This document shows positions 1 to 12,379 of a stretch of DNA of 64,000 bases, one piece after another (the first letter of the stretch is position 1; the number at the start of each line of letters is the position of its first letter). The notes under the pieces were generated by a model that worked only from the letters and a program-made list of their open reading frames with translations, was not told the DNA's origin and searched no databases. The translations under genes were made by a program, and so were the position numbers. Source of the stretch: Eledone cirrhosa (taxonomy: Eukaryota); contig OZ024741.1 of the NCBI GenBank assembly GCA_964016885.1, positions 147,808,001 to 147,872,000 on the forward strand, given 5' to 3'.

Positions 1-120
1 CAAAAGGATGAAAGGCAAAGTTGAGATCGGCGGAATTTGAACTCAGAACGTAAAAACGGAAGAAGTACCGCTAAGCATTTCGCCAGATGTGCTAACGATT
101 CCACCAGCTCACCGCCATAT
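1..120 (-). mobile_element. tRNA-derived SINE, 5' part, cut by the window edge
   Basis: Minus strand has the B-box-like GAGTTCAAATTCCGCCG followed by ACTTTGCCTTTCATCC. The same family recurs at 7826, 14520, 20097, 22520 and 38030. Confidence 0.8.
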
Positions 121-129
121 TTTCACCAG

Positions 130-3100
130 TTATAATGGAATCTGAAATATTGGTTCTACCACGGGCCATAGAAAAGTAGTTCGCGGGCCGTATGTTTGAG
201 CCGTCTGTTGGAGAGAGAGATAGATATATTTAGCCACAAGGGCGCACAAGAAAAGGGGACAATACAAAGACATGCTGGGGATTTTACATACTGTCGTGTA
301 AAAAATATAAAAACAAACAATTACAACAATCGAAATCCCCAATAAGGGGGAAGCGCCACAAATGGGTTGTTTAATACCCCGTCGATAGAACAACCCTCAA
401 CTGCAGGAGCGTGTTGTGCAAGTGCTCCTTTCTTCCTTTTGCTCTCTTCTTCAACCTACAGGCTTATAAACAGAAAAGGCCCAATCACTCGGGCCATTTT
501 CGCTTCATTCACCCACCTTTCAGTAAATTTACTGGGGTGCAGTGCCTCTCTCTCCACTCTGATTCTCCTTCTAAAGTGATACTTAAAGAAGAGAATCAAT
601 TGTTGTCCGGAGAGAAAGGTATCTGTCCTCAGTCCTCTCAATCTCGTCCACCATATAACTTCTTTCACCATAGCCACCGTACAGAGGAAAACCGCCTCTC
701 TTTCGTTTTTGAAAGAGGCTGGCGATTTGATCCTTACTATGGACTCGGCAGTCAACTGGATTTGTCCCATACGCGACAGCAGTTGTTCTGCATAGTTCCA
801 TAGGTTGGTTACGCCCGGGCAGTGTACAATTGCGTGCAGGACTGTTTCAATGTCTTGCGCGCATCTTGGACACGTCCTCTTGGAAGGATCCCTGCCTGTA
901 GATCTTGTCACGAACCAGTAGAGCTCCTCGGTAGCACTGCCAGGCCAGCGACCTCTGGAAGTTGTCCATAGGTCCCGGGCGGAAAGTCCTACCAAACAGA
1001 CTAGTGAGCTCATCGTCTTCGGCACCCAGAGTCTCTCCGAGCACATCGTCGCCCTTGTAACGTACAATCACTCTATAGAATGTCGAAGTGGAGTCTCCAC
1101 TGATTGCTGCGCCCGCTTGCCAGAGGACTGTGAGCGCCTGAGCGCATTCAATGTGCCAGGCGCCCATCGTTTTCGGTCTTTCCTTCACCCAGTACTGCAG
1201 CTCCGTCAGCGAGACGAGCTGTGGAAAAGCCTGTCTCACAAACGGTACCCACACCGGTTGGGGGTCGGTGAGGAATACCTGGAGATGCCGCAGTCTCAGC
1301 GCATGTTTGCGCATCATCAGCCACGGCATTCCCAACCCTCCGTTGGAATGGTGCTCACAGCAGACGGATCTCCTCACCAGCGGAGCCTGCTTCTTCCACA
1401 GAAACTGGAAGAGCATGCGTTCCATCCTGGCGAGGTGTTCACGGGGACAAGGCACGACAGTCAAGCGGTAGTAGATGACGGACGCTATGAAAGTGTTCGC
1501 CACCTCCGCTCGACCTTTCAAGGACAGTTTGCACTCTGCCCACTTCTGGGCAGAGTGCAAACACCTTGGCCGTGACCTCGTTCCAGTTTTTCTCCACCTG
1601 GAGGTCTGGACCGAACCAGACCCCGAGCAATTTCACCGGTCCGTCCGTCCAGCGTCCAACGACGCTGTCGGACGTCATCGGTTTGCCTCTCCACGTACCG
1701 AGTTGCAAACCGACAGACTTGTCCGGGTTTAGTTTTGCTCCCGTCAGCGTTTCGTATTCTTTCAGTAAGTTGCTGATCACCCCGATTTCCGAGGTGCTCG
1801 ACACCATTACCGTCACGTCGTCGGCATAAGCCGACGCCGCTTTGCGCAGTCCCGGTTCTAGAGGGATGCCCTGCAACAGCTCCAATTTCCGCAGTAGTGG
1901 CTCTAGAGTCAATAAATACAGAATGGAGGAGAGAGGGCTCCCCTGTCGAATCGAACGCATGATTGCGAACGGCTCCGATAGGTAGCCGTTCACCTTGACC
2001 CTCGAGCAGATGCTGGTGTGCATCACCTCGATCCATCCTCTGAAAACGGGACCGAAACCGGCCGCCTTGAGAACCGCTTCCAAGTATCGATGGTCGACCC
2101 TATCGAATGCCTTAGACTGATCCAAGTTGATCAGAGCCCCACCGAGGCCGGGTTTACTACCCACCCTCTCTATGATGTATCGCATGAGGTGGAGGTTGTC
2201 GTGTATGGACCTGGTCGGGATTGCACACGTTTGCGCTTTCCCTACCAGGTTCTCGACGGCAAGCGCCAACCTCGTCGCTACCACCTTGGCCAAAATCTTT
2301 AACTCTGTGTTGAGCAGAGTTATGGGCCAGAAGTTGTTAATTTTGTCCCCCTTGTTCTCGTCTTTCCTGATCAGCGTTACTACGCCCTTGCCTGCAGAAC
2401 TGGGAATTCTCCCGTTCTGCTGCCAATTGCAGTAGATGGCTTCGAGGACGCCAGAGAACAAGGCCGGCATGTCTATGTAAAATTCGTAGGGTATACCATC
2501 TAGACCGGGTGACTTGCGTTTCCCGCAGCGGCCCAGAGCGTCCCGTATCTCAGTGTCCGTGATCGGTCTTTCGCAGAACTCGGCGTCCGTGTTCGAGAGA
2601 CGCGGCAGGCCGTCGAGGTATGAACTAAAGTCCATTGCCCCGTTCAGCTCACCGTCGTTCTGCTCAAACAGTCGCGCAAAGTTCCGCTGAAATGCCGCGC
2701 ACATTTGCTTGGGGTCAAGTAGCACGCGTCCGTTTTGGTCTTTCAAAGACCGAATCGTGGACTTGTTGCCACTTTTTGCCTCCGCCACTCGGGCCAGCTG
2801 ACAGCTTTCGCTCCTTCGTTTCCTAGAGCACCTATTTTGCTTCTGACCACGCAGCCTTCGTGTTTCGCATCGAAGAACTGGTCCAGTGCCGTTCTCGACG
2901 CTAACACTCTAGCCGCGTTGCCACTTCTAAGTGCCTCCTCTACCTTGGCTACTAGTTCTCTTTCTATTTTGTTTTTCTCTAAGGCTAACTCTCTGCTATA
3001 CCCTATCGATTCTATTCTAATTGCTTTCTTGAGAGAGTACCACCATCTATTGTTGACGATGGCTCCCGTTAACTGTTGCTTGATTAGTCTACTTATCCGT

Positions 3101-5150
3101 TCACTGTAAGCTTTACGTGCCGGCAACGACACGTTCAGCTTCCAGTATCCGGGACCCTGTCTATGTATTCTATCACGGTTGACTAAGCAGACGACTAACT
3201 TGTGATCTGAATAGGCAACCATGTGCATTCGTGGACAGCTTAACATCTCCTTGTCCTTTTCTCTAATGAAGAACCTATCTAAATACGATCTAGATGTCCC
3301 ACTGCGGTTTGCCCACGTCCACTGTGGTGCAGTCGGGAAATCCAGTCGATACCTATCGGCCAGTTGGAATTGGCCATTGGCCGATTAAAGTTTTGAGGCT
3401 ATTGCACCCCGCTCTACTGGGACATGCTCCCACATAGTCCCATCGTGCATCTAGGATACCATTCCAGTCCCCCCACTAAAAGTAAGGAGCGAGACGTTCC
3501 CAGAAAAGACTCTAGACGCTTAAAGAAGTTTGACCGTGGTTGCGATTGCCCGGTCGGGGCATAAACGGCCACCAGTCTGAAGGCTCCACCTCCGATACTG
3601 TTCACGTCTAGGACTACCAGTCTACCCTCCGGATCCAAGTGTACTTGCTGTACTCCGACGTCCAGCTTCTTCCGAAACATGACAGCCACTCCACCTCCAC
3701 ATCCTGGCTGACAGAGAGATGCGTAGATCTCAAAGTCGTCGAAGATGGGAGGTTAGTTGCTGCCTGTTGTGGATCCTGGATTCGGTGATGGCTATCACAT
3801 CCATACTGTGTGACCTAAGGTCATTTGAATGTTGGCCCTGTTTCCAGGGCATCCCTAGGCCACGCACATTCACGGTTCCAACTCGTAAACTAGCCATGTT
3901 GGTGGAGAAGAGTTGGAGAAAAAGGACGAAAGGTGCACTTACCTTTTCGTTTCCTGGAGATCGGGTTGTTCAATCTCCATGTGGGTGCTGGATGGGGTGT
4001 TGGGTGGGGTGGGGAAACATTTTAACAGGACGCGGTTGATGGGTTTGTGGCAGGGGTTGCCCACATCCTGTGAGAATTTATTTTTTAGGTCATTATAGGT
4101 TTCCATAGAAACCCTTATAAGTTTAAGGTGTGGAGACGATTCTGCCTTGACGAAAGTTTTGCCCTCCGTCTCCACCTTGGGGTTTTGGAAGATGACCTCC
4201 ATCAAACTCTTGTTGTTTGTGTTGATGTATGCGTATTGTTGTTTGTGTTTTTGTTGTGTTGTTTTAGTTGGTTGTTCGTCCGGGAGTTTTCTTTTTATGG
4301 TGGGTGCTTGTGTTTGGGGTAGTGTTGGTGCTGGTTTTGCTGATAGGGGGATGTTTGACTGTGGTGTTGTTTGTGTCTGTGGTTGTGTGTTGGTGTTGGT
4401 GATTGGAGTTTTGGGGGTTTTGTGGTGTCTCTTTTTTTGTTTTTTAGATTTCCGCGGTTCTCCCTCTTCTTCACTTAAAGAAGGAGAAGCAGCTTCATCC
4501 GTCGATGAATAATCATCGTCAGGTGTGTGGGGTAAGGGTATGTTGTGTGGTGGTGGTGTTTCGGTATGTGTGTTTGTGGTAGTGTTTGATGGAGTGGGAT
4601 GGAGTGGGGCTGTATTCTTCAGGGGTGTTGTCTCTGCTTTTTCTGTTGTTGTTGGTTGAGTGTCTGTTTGTTTTGGTGTGGTTGCTCGTTTCGTCTGTCG
4701 TTGTACTTGTGGTGGTGGTGGTTGTTTTGGTGTTGGTGTTTGTAATAGCGGTTTTTTTATGATGTTGTTTTTGTTCGTTTGTGAGCTGTGCTACCACAGC
4801 GAAAGCAATGAAATTTTCGTCATTCTACCGAAATGTTTATTTTGTTGTTATTATCAATAACGACTCTTTCGGGTATTTTGGAGATTCTCTCCGGTTTCAT
4901 TTGCAACAGAATCTCCAAATCTGTGCCCGCCCACCTTTGTCGAATAGATTTTCGTATTGAAAGTATCATATCAGTTTCTGGCTCTACGAAGCCAGCCAAG
5001 ATCCACCAGATGTTAATGTTTGGAGGTATGTTTTTTATTTTTATTTTTTGTGTCCTTTTCCCCATGTATGTAGGGAAAAAGGTGTATGCTTTTGACACCA
5101 TTGGTGTCACAGAGTTTTTGGGGGCGAGTGCCTAGCTTTTAAACAGTACG
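130..5150 (-). mobile_element. Tx1/L1-clade non-LTR retrotransposon, nearly full length, frameshifted
   Basis: ORF2 starts MASLRVGTVNVRGL at 3897 and has APE endonuclease motifs (VAVYAP, GPGYWKLN), RT (SPGLDG, LDQSKAFDRV, QGSPLS, YADD), GGLG and a C-terminal CPRC...ETVLH zinc knuckle ending at 456. ORF1-like low-complexity pieces lie at 3939-5135. Confidence 0.9.
456..3897 (-). pseudogene. Tx1/L1 ORF2 (APE endonuclease, RT, zinc knuckle) broken by frameshifts
   Basis: Split across ORF-track pieces 3414-3689, 2743-3246, 1439-2788, 847-1560 and 456-1067. Confidence 0.88.
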
Positions 5151-5156
5151 GAAACA

Positions 5157-6125
5157 TTTCGTATAAATTACATTTTTTTAAATCATAGTAAAAGCAAATT
5201 TCACCTTCAAAATTCTAACAAAACCTATCAACATGACAAGTGTTAAAATAACATTGTACCGAACCAATTTTTTCTTCATTAGAAAAATAAATCAAAACTT
5301 CTTTATTGCTTCATCATATTAGATACATATTTTTAATAGAATTTACTACAACCCGTAGTAAATTTCTGGCTATGTATGTGATGAGAAGTAGCTCTCATTC
5401 CTACAGAAGAGACTACTTCTCATTGTTGATTTCATTTTCTAGTATCTTAGCATATGTTGCATTGTCTCCTTCTTCCGAGTGTTCGTCGAGATAGATGTGT
5501 GAAAAACCTGAGATTTTACGGGTATATATTTACGTTTTGTTTGTTTGTGACAAGTTTACTGCCTTTTGTTTGATGTTATTCTGCTCATGTTAGATATAGC
5601 GTATCCTGGGAATTAGCCAGTATAGACTTTGTACAAATGCAGAAAGCAAGCAACCATCCATAGGGTATTTGCCATTGGGTAATGTGGTTAGAAAGTTTAA
5701 GGACATAATCATAGGAGAAATTTACGGGTAAAGCAGGGTGGTAGGATAACATCCGTAACCTCCGGTAGTCTTGCATCCATACACACGAATAAAACACAAG
5801 CACATCGCATCCATACACACAAACAAAACACACGCACATCGCATTCATACACACGAACAAAACACGCACATCGCATTCATACACAACTCTTTCTTTCTAT
5901 AATTTTTCCGAAGACTATCCTTACATAAATCCCTTGTAATTCATACATTCTCTCATATAACCAACAACCTTTTTTGCTTACTTTTGTTAAATTACATTCT
6001 AACTAAGTGTCGTTTACAAACGATATCTTTACATATTGCTTGCAAACATCTCGGTTAAAGAACCAACAAAGTTTACTACTTTATTCAATGTACGAGCTAG
6101 ATATTCTATAATCGTCAAATATACT
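5157..6125. repeat. Left arm of the inverted repeat around GPCR1 (reverse complement of the gene's 3' flank)
   Basis: ...GCTAGATATTCTATAATCGTCAAATATACT (ends 6125) is the reverse complement of AGTATATTTGACGATTATAGAATATCTAGC (starts 8484). Similarity continues outward to about 9187, with indels. Confidence 0.92.
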
Positions 6126-7020
6126 CTCGTCTCTCGCTACAGAAGCAAGGGGCCCGATTGCTCCAGTACCTAACAGCCCTCACCAACTGTCTCGTCCGCG
6201 CCAACCTGCCCTGCCATGCTCACGATCTTGTCTTCTCGGCCAGTCTGTCCGCCGTAAGGAAGAATGACGGAGGTGTCCGAACGCATGGCGATGGGCAACG
6301 TCTTCCGACGACTTGCAAGTCAGTCAAAGAGGACCTGAGCGAGGTGCTAAACCCTGTCCAGCTCAGAGTGGGAATCAAGTGCGGATATGAGGCTGCAGTA
6401 TTCCATAGGGCACGCGCCTCCTTCGTCATCCCACCTCCTTATGAAGCTGGACACGACATACGCTTTCAACAGCGTTCCTCCTCTTGAAGAACTGCTTTAC
6501 CCTCCCCAAATTTATGTTCCCGCCGCGCGGTGCATCTTGTCACCCCCATGCAGATCTTCTCGGTGAACTCTACGCCCCATCCGATGCTGTGCAGAACTCA
6601 TGTGCAATGTGAGTTTCGACAGTGCCGGCTGGCAACAGGCGAAGCTACCAGCGAGGTTCGGTGGCCTCGGCCTCAGACCCGCTTCGGATCTGGCTCTAGC
6701 GGCCTACCTTTCCTCAATCTTCTCCAGTAGCGTTCTCGTCAGCGATGTCCTCAGCATGACGGTCGAACATGACGTTGCCCGTCTGAGGAAAGAGTCCCGT
6801 GAGATGGGGTGGCTGTTGCAGCGTGTATCGCTGGCAATTGTCTGTGGAAAAGGTCATGCGGTCTTTTCCGTTGGGCGCAGCTCCAACACCGCCACGCCCT
6901 AGACCCAGAGCCCATCCTCCTCCACTTACCTCTCCCATTTTCTTTGACCCTAGAGCCCTTGCTCTTCCCTTCCTTTTCCGTTTTTAAATATTGATAAAGT
7001 TATTTTCACTGAAAAAAAAA
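6126..7020 (+). mobile_element. CRE-clade-like non-LTR retroelement remnant, 5'-truncated and internally deleted, with A-tail
   Basis: Peptides LQYLTALTN...VRKNDGGVR, QLRVGIKCG, QAKLPARFGGLG and GWLLQRVSLAI, then a pyrimidine-rich 3' UTR and an A run at about 7012-7020. Confidence 0.75.
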
Positions 7021-7194
7021 GTAAAGATAATAATGTGTTAACTATATTGACGTAATCTGCGAGAGTATTGCGTAAGATTTCAAATAGATTATTTCACTAA
7101 AAAGTTGATACACAGCGTTCTCTATTTGTGATTCAACCAAATATTTTCGAATCTGCAAGAACTAATAAAAACATTTGGAAGAAACAAAAAGATA

Positions 7195-8416
7195 ATGGAT
7201 AACAAACATTATTCCAAAGACTGTAATGACACTTTAGAGGAGTTAAATACTGAAATGGTGAATGTTGTGTTTCCAGTAATGCTGTATCTGACAATGATTA
7301 TGGGGTTTGGATCAGTCGGAAATATGTTAGTATCTTATATATACTATTATAAATTTGAGAATACAGCCACAAATTTGTTCATTGTAGCGCTTTCGATGAG
7401 CGATTTTCTTACTTGTATAATAAGCATACCAATTGAACTTATCATTCTAAATTTTCCATACACCTTTTACAGTGCTACTGCTTGCCGCATCATGCGTTTT
7501 ACTACTGTTATAACCATAGTCACTTCATCATTGATTGTATTCATTATAGCAGTTGATAGATACTCACTTATCTGTCGACCTCTTCAAGTTCGATTTTCTC
7601 GTAAGAAGTCATAGTAACTTTAATAATCATCTCCGCCATATTAGGCCTGCCAACAGTTTATATATACAACGCAGAACATCTCAACGTAAAAGACTGTGGA
7701 GATATTGGAAGAGAGTGTTCATTTTCTTCGAAATTGGGTGGTACAATCTATCCTATAATCTATTATGGTGTATTGCTTATTGTTTCTGGTTCTCTGTTTG
7801 TTTTTCTGATGGTAGTTTATATAATTGTTTCTACTTTAGGCACAAGGCCAGCAATTACCCAGTGCATTACTGGTACTTTATTTTATCGACCCCGTAAGGA
7901 TGAAAGGAAAAGTCAACCTCGGCGGGATTTGAACTCAGATCGTAAAGGGACGTAACTATGCTGGAAAGCATGGCGTCCGATGGTAGTTTATATAATGGTT
8001 GCAATACATATTTGGAGATTTTCCGCAAGAAAAGGGCATAGACGCCAAGAGGGAGAGCCAGTCAAATATGCGTCCCATATGCCAAAAGAACCTTCTAGTG
8101 GTACTTCTGGAGCTAATGTTGGTAAGAGACGATTAACGGCTCATCCAAAAAAAATTAAGACTCCTAGAACCAATATACTTTTGTTCACCATCACTTTCCT
8201 TTGGATTCTGACTTATGTACCTCATCTATTCGGCCTAGGATACTGGAGGTTAAAAGAACAGAGCACTTGTTCACCAGAGCACCAAATGGAATTGTAATTT
8301 ATAGGTTCATGCTGTATTCTATTTACTTTAATTCTGCTGTAAACCCATTCATTTATGGAGCTTTTAATACGAGGTTTCGATTTGAATTACAGAATTTGTT
8401 TCATCGATATCATTAA
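7195..8416 (+). pseudogene. GPCR1: class A GPCR pseudogene, close paralog of GPCR2
   Basis: GSVGN, LSMSDFL, AVDRY and NSAVNPFIY motifs. It has a 10-bp deletion frameshift at about 7610 relative to GPCR2, a SINE inserted in TM5 and a second frameshift near 8290. Confidence 0.93.
7826..7978 (-). mobile_element. 5'-truncated SINE inserted in GPCR1 with an 18-bp target-site duplication
   Basis: TSD GATGGTAGTTTATATAAT at 7808-7825 and 7979-7996. B-box GAGTTCAAATCCCGCC on the minus strand. Confidence 0.93.
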
Positions 8417-8483
8417 TAAAATATTGAGTTTCTTGAAAATAGATACAAAAGTACGGAATTCTTAACTCTATAGATCTCACCAA

Positions 8484-9187
8484 AGTATATTTGACGATTA
8501 TAGAATATCTAGCTCATATATTGAATAAAGTAGTAAACTTGGTTGGTTCTTTAACCGAGATGTTTGCAAGCAATATGTAAAGATATCGTTAGAATGTAAT
8601 TTAACAAAAGTAAGCAAAAAAGGTTGTTGGTTATATGAGAGAATGTATGAATTACAAGTGAATTATGTAAGGATAGTCTTTGGAAAAATTATAGAAAGAA
8701 ATAGTTGTGTATGAATGCGACGTGCGTGTTTTTTTGCTCGATTGGCTTTACCTGTAAAATCTCTCCTGTGATTATTTCCTTAAACTTTCTAACCACATTA
8801 CCCAAATGGCAAATATCTTTTGGGTGGTTGCTTGCTTTCTGCATTTGTAGAAAGTCTGCATTGGGTAATTCCCAGGATACGCTATATCTAACATGAGCAG
8901 GATAACATCAAACAAAAGGGGAGTAAACTTGCCACAAACAAACAAAACGTAAATATATACCCGTAAAATCGCACATTTTACACATATCTATCTTGACGAA
9001 CACTCGGAATAAGGAGACAATGCAACATATGCTTAGATACTAGAAAATGAAATCAACATTGTAAAGTAATCTCTTCTGTATGACAGAGTGAAATTTGCTT
9101 TTACTATGATTAAAAAAAAATGTAGTTTACCGTCGCAAATTATTCGTTTTTTGTTGTTTCAATCGAAGAATTCCATCTTAGACAGTT
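8484..9187. repeat. Right arm of the inverted repeat around GPCR1 (native 3' flank)
   Basis: Reverse complement of 5157-6125 and a direct copy of 29421-30135. Confidence 0.9.
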
Positions 9188-9517
9188 GGGCGATTTACGC
9201 CAAACTTGTTTTATTATTTTCTCAGTATTTTCTCATTATGCAATGTTTTGGCTATTTACGAAGTTTTGCGGGTTATGTTAATTTCGAGGTATTTTCCTAG
9301 TATGCACCGCTGTGGCTATTTACGAAGGTACCCCCAAAACCCGCGAATCTCGGGAACCCGGGGTCAGATTTTTGCGAAACTTGTTTTATTCAATTTGTAT
9401 TCCCATTTCAGAGTCAACTTGCTTTCAAAGTATTTACCCATTATGCGCCCTTTTGGCTGTATTACATAACAGACAAGCAAGCAAGCACGCAAGTTCAGAG
9501 TTTTAATAGTATATAGA
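9188..9517 (-). mobile_element. Helitron-like non-autonomous element, 5' fragment
   Basis: Minus strand starts A|TCTATATACTATTAAAA followed by (GCTT)n/(GTCT) tetramers, the same 5' layout as the Helitron at 50227. Confidence 0.55.
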
Positions 9518-9538
9518 TAGATAGATCGATAGATAGAT

Positions 9539-9546
<8 letters not shown>

Positions 9547-9624
<78 letters not shown>

Positions 9625-9675
9625 TAGCGAGAATCGTAATTCGGCTTAGGAATAAACGAAAAACAACTTCCGAGA

Positions 9676-9724
<49 letters not shown>
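9547..9724. repeat. Two (TA)n microsatellites with a short spacer
   Basis: Read directly. Confidence 0.97.
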
Positions 9725-9728
<4 letters not shown>

Positions 9729-11000
9729 TTGCTTTGGGAGGGTCATATTGCCAATAAGAAACAGACGCACCAGTTGCTTTCACTTACTTTGCGCATGTGT
9801 TACATCCGGGTGTCTGTGTGTGTTTATATTTGTTTATTTATTTGTTTATTTACATGTTACTGGTTGGTTGTTTGTTCTATGTGTGTGTGTGTTTTCATTT
9901 TGTCCTTAATTGTAAGTTGTGATGTTGCTGTTCCATTCATGTTTTCTATTTAATTTGGGTTGGAGTTCATTTATGTTTATTGCCTCTGTGATTTGTCTAA
10001 ACATTGCGTCTTTTCTATGTGTAGATTCTATTTTTATTTCTATGTTCTCTAATTTACCCTTATGTTCTATTTTAGCATGTTGGCGGAGTACAGATGATTC
10101 TTTACTATCTTGAAGCTCTCGCCAGTTTTCATTTATCCGTTCCCCTATACTATGAGCTGTCTCACCTATGTACACTATATTCTTATCTCTACTTTGTCCT
10201 TCAGTACATCTTATGCTATATACTACATTTCTAGTTTTACAATCTATACAGGGAGGTCTTTGAAAAGGGTATGTATTGCTAATAAGTGTTTTTATGGAGG
10301 TACCTGGTCTTTCTACTATCTTAATATTGAGTTTATGTTTATCTAGGGCCCTTCTAAATTTGTAAGCTAATTCACCTCTAGGGGTTGTATCTATGAACAT
10401 TACACTCTGGTATTTATTGCTATCATACCATGAGTTTATTTTATTAACCTTATTCCTAGTTCTTTCTATTCTATTCCAAAATTTGCTCCTATACAAGGGG
10501 CAGGTCCCATTTGTATCATTATTTACCATTTTTTCCCATTTGGTTCTGGCTCCTCTATATACTCTGATTTTATCTCTCTGATTGTAACCAGAGAACTGCA
10601 TACGGTGGATGAAGTGTTGTATGTGTCTCTCTAGTTCTTTGGGGTTGCACACGTTTCTCATCACCCGTACCAAATCTGCAATCAGTATGTTGATTTTGGT
10701 ATGGTCCGAAACAGGTGAGTTTCGGTGGATCAGATATTTGGAAGTCATGGGTTTGGCATAATGGGAATGGAGGATTTGTTTTTTGTTATTAATGGTATCT
10801 AACCAGAGCTCTGTGTCTAGTACAGGTAATCGATGGTTGGGGTGTTTGCTTGGGTAGTCTATAGTAACTCTAATACTCTGGTGGATGGAGTTAGCTATTT
10901 GCTGGATGCTTTCCATGGTGTTTTTCTTTAATTCCTGACTGTTCTCTAGTGGGGGTGTTTTTACTACGATGTTTATATCATCAACGTAGCAGGAGTTAAG
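9725..11000 (-). mobile_element. Penelope-like element, 3' part (RT C-terminus and GIY-YIG endonuclease)
   Basis: CYVDDINI at about 10970-10990, LPVLD and VVYSIRC...VYIGET in ORF 9906-10916. Bounded by (TA)n on both sides. Confidence 0.9.
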
Positions 11001-11036
11001 AGGTTAAGAGGTTGCTGTCTTCTAATTGTTTTTTAA

Positions 11037-11039
<3 letters not shown>

Positions 11040-11115
<76 letters not shown>
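11040..11115. repeat. (TA)n microsatellite
   Basis: Read directly. Confidence 0.97.
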
Positions 11116-11118
<3 letters not shown>

Positions 11119-11328
11119 TAAAAGGAAAAGAAAATGCTGACAAATTTTTCCCAGTGAAAAATAGTTTAATTAGGAATAAGTATAAATTAGAATAAGTATT
11201 GGTTAGTATTCAGTTTTAGTTTTAAGTTTTTACCGGTTGCGCATTTCTATGGCTTTTCAAAAATAATTTTGAGATGGAGCGCTCGTGATGTTTTCTTTTC
11301 CTTTTATTAATATATATATATATATATA

Positions 11329-11750
11329 TATAAAGAATTAATATCTAGTAACATATATATACATACAGATGCATATCAATGCTAGCAAATATATAGGTTT
11401 TGTCTTAGTAACTTTGTGGTTCAATGCATGGGGTTGCAGAACAATAATATGAGAGACGTAAAATAAGAAAATTATAAAATTAACTTACTTACTAAAATAT
11501 CACTTCCAACTAATTAGTTTCTGGAATGGAATAAATATATTTTCCGAAGAAGATACAGAAACTAATTAGTTGGAAGTGATATTTTAGTAAGTAAGTTAAT
11601 TTTATAATTTTCTTATTTTACGTCTCTCATTTTATTGTTCTGCAACCCCATGCATTGAACCACAAAGTTACTAAGACAAAACCTATATATTTGCTAGCAT
11701 TGATATGCATCTGTATGTATATATATGTTACTAGATATTAATTCTTTATA
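11329..11750. repeat. Near-perfect DNA palindrome, ~195-bp arms and 32-nt spacer
   Basis: Arms 11329-11523 and 11556-11750 are reverse complements. One mismatch seen. Confidence 0.93.
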
Positions 11751-12102
11751 ATTATCTCCAAATTATTTGTCGAGCAATATTGGCCATGACTGCTGCTATG
11801 GTAGCAGGCCGCTGTCTTATTAGCAAACCACTTTCCACTGATTGACCTCGATGTCACGTGATTGATTCTTTTTGAATTTGCCACCGACGCAGAGGCAGTG
11901 ATTTTCTCAATGGCTAGGAATTCAGTCCACGCTTTGCTATTTCCTATCCACTGAATTATTTTTTAATAAGTTTCCAGTGTCCACGCTTTGTCTGGATACT
12001 TAGATGAGAATAGACCTCCCTGACGACGGAATGCTTCTCTGTATCTTCTTCGGAAAATATATTTTAGTAAGTAAGTTAATTTTATAATTTTCTTATTTTA
12101 CG

Positions 12103-12151
<49 letters not shown>

Positions 12152-12379
12152 TATAATATACATGTATATTGTGAATGTATACAAAACAGGGCAATAAAAA
12201 GTACCAGTATATTTAGGCAGGTTAACTATTCCCTTGTTTCATTGTTTTTGTTAATTTTAAATATATCTGTTGTTTGTTTTTTTCCTTTTAGTTGTTTTAA
12301 AATTAGAAATTTCTATGATGCCAAATAATTTTAAAAGTCATCATGACATATATTTCTTCTATTTCTTAAGTTATTATTC

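Noticed and set aside
5157-9187. GPCR carried by a DNA transposon with long TIRs
   Set aside because: No discrete termini or TSD. In the second copy the symmetry continues for more than 7 kb, which fits inverted segmental duplication.
11225-11270. Hammerhead-like relic on the minus strand (TTGAAAA-GCC...AACCGGTA)
   Set aside because: Both core boxes are degenerate, so it cannot be supported.
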